From NCBI GenBank assembly GCA_010015585.1, contig ML975156.1: a DNA stretch of 64,000 nucleotides. The stretch is one strand, 5' to 3'. Numbering within the stretch: the stretch's first letter is position 1; every line of letters begins with the position of its first letter. This DNA comes from Eremomyces bilateralis CBS 781.70. Its lineage: Eukaryota. The notes beneath the pieces were generated by a model. That model was not told where the DNA came from. It saw only the letters and a program-made list of their open reading frames with translations, and made no database searches. Of this stretch, positions 63,757 through 64,000 are shown in pieces. A program made the position numbers and the translations under genes.

Positions 63757-64000
63757 CAGGCAGATATTTACAGCGACGGTCGCGCCAACCACCGACTATG
63801 GTGCTCCGATCTGGTTCCCAGGCTCCGCAGGGACAGTAGCCCGTCATATCGAGAGGGCCACCAAACTGGGGGCGAGCGCAATCACGGCCATCTTCAGGTC
63901 CGCGGCGTACGACGTGGTAACTGGCGAGGCCGGGATCGAATCAGTCCAGGATAGGCTCTACGAACTAACGAGGAAACACTGGATTAAGATGCATACGAAA
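63757..64000 (+). mobile_element. Non-LTR retrotransposon (Tad1-like LINE) ORF2 fragment, post-RT region
   Basis: The open frame from 63758 reads RQIFTATVAPTTDYGAPIW...KLGASAITAIFRS...EAGIESV..R...HWIKMHT, resembling the region C-terminal to the RT of fungal LINEs. It is not in the ORF track because it has no start codon. Confidence 0.7.

Overview
Genomic DNA from a filamentous ascomycete (Pezizomycotina-type genes, short GT-AG introns with CTRAC branch sites). The window has two parts. (1) About 1-42 kb is gene-dense core genome: DEF1, ARL1, a DUF3433 membrane protein, a Dal81-like Zn2Cys6 factor with an apparent +1 frameshift, an intron-containing tRNA-Arg(CCG), trimethyllysine dioxygenase, DPM1, a U2SURP-like splicing factor, a GH81 glucanase, a HAD hydrolase, an Hva1-Tudor-like protein, UTP21, an RNPS1-like protein and ARG4. 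(2) From about 42.4 kb to the end is a transposon-rich accessory island. It carries an intronless, actinobacterial-looking glutaminase-STAS gene just downstream of a solo LTR, an intact Tc1 (DD34E) transposon, an F-box fusion gene and a RIP-degraded Fot1/pogo relic. It also holds a co-oriented cluster of immunity-type genes: an intact Mx/dynamin-like GTPase, an intact coiled-coil neighbour, and HET-NACHT and PNP_UDP NLR genes that were both cut by LTR insertions and CpA->TpA stop codons. Four LTR-like repeat families and a LINE fragment are present. The best candidates for new biology are the putatively horizontally acquired, LTR-associated glutaminase cassette and the dynamin/coiled-coil/NLR 'defence island'. 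All family assignments come from reading motifs by eye; no database searches were run.
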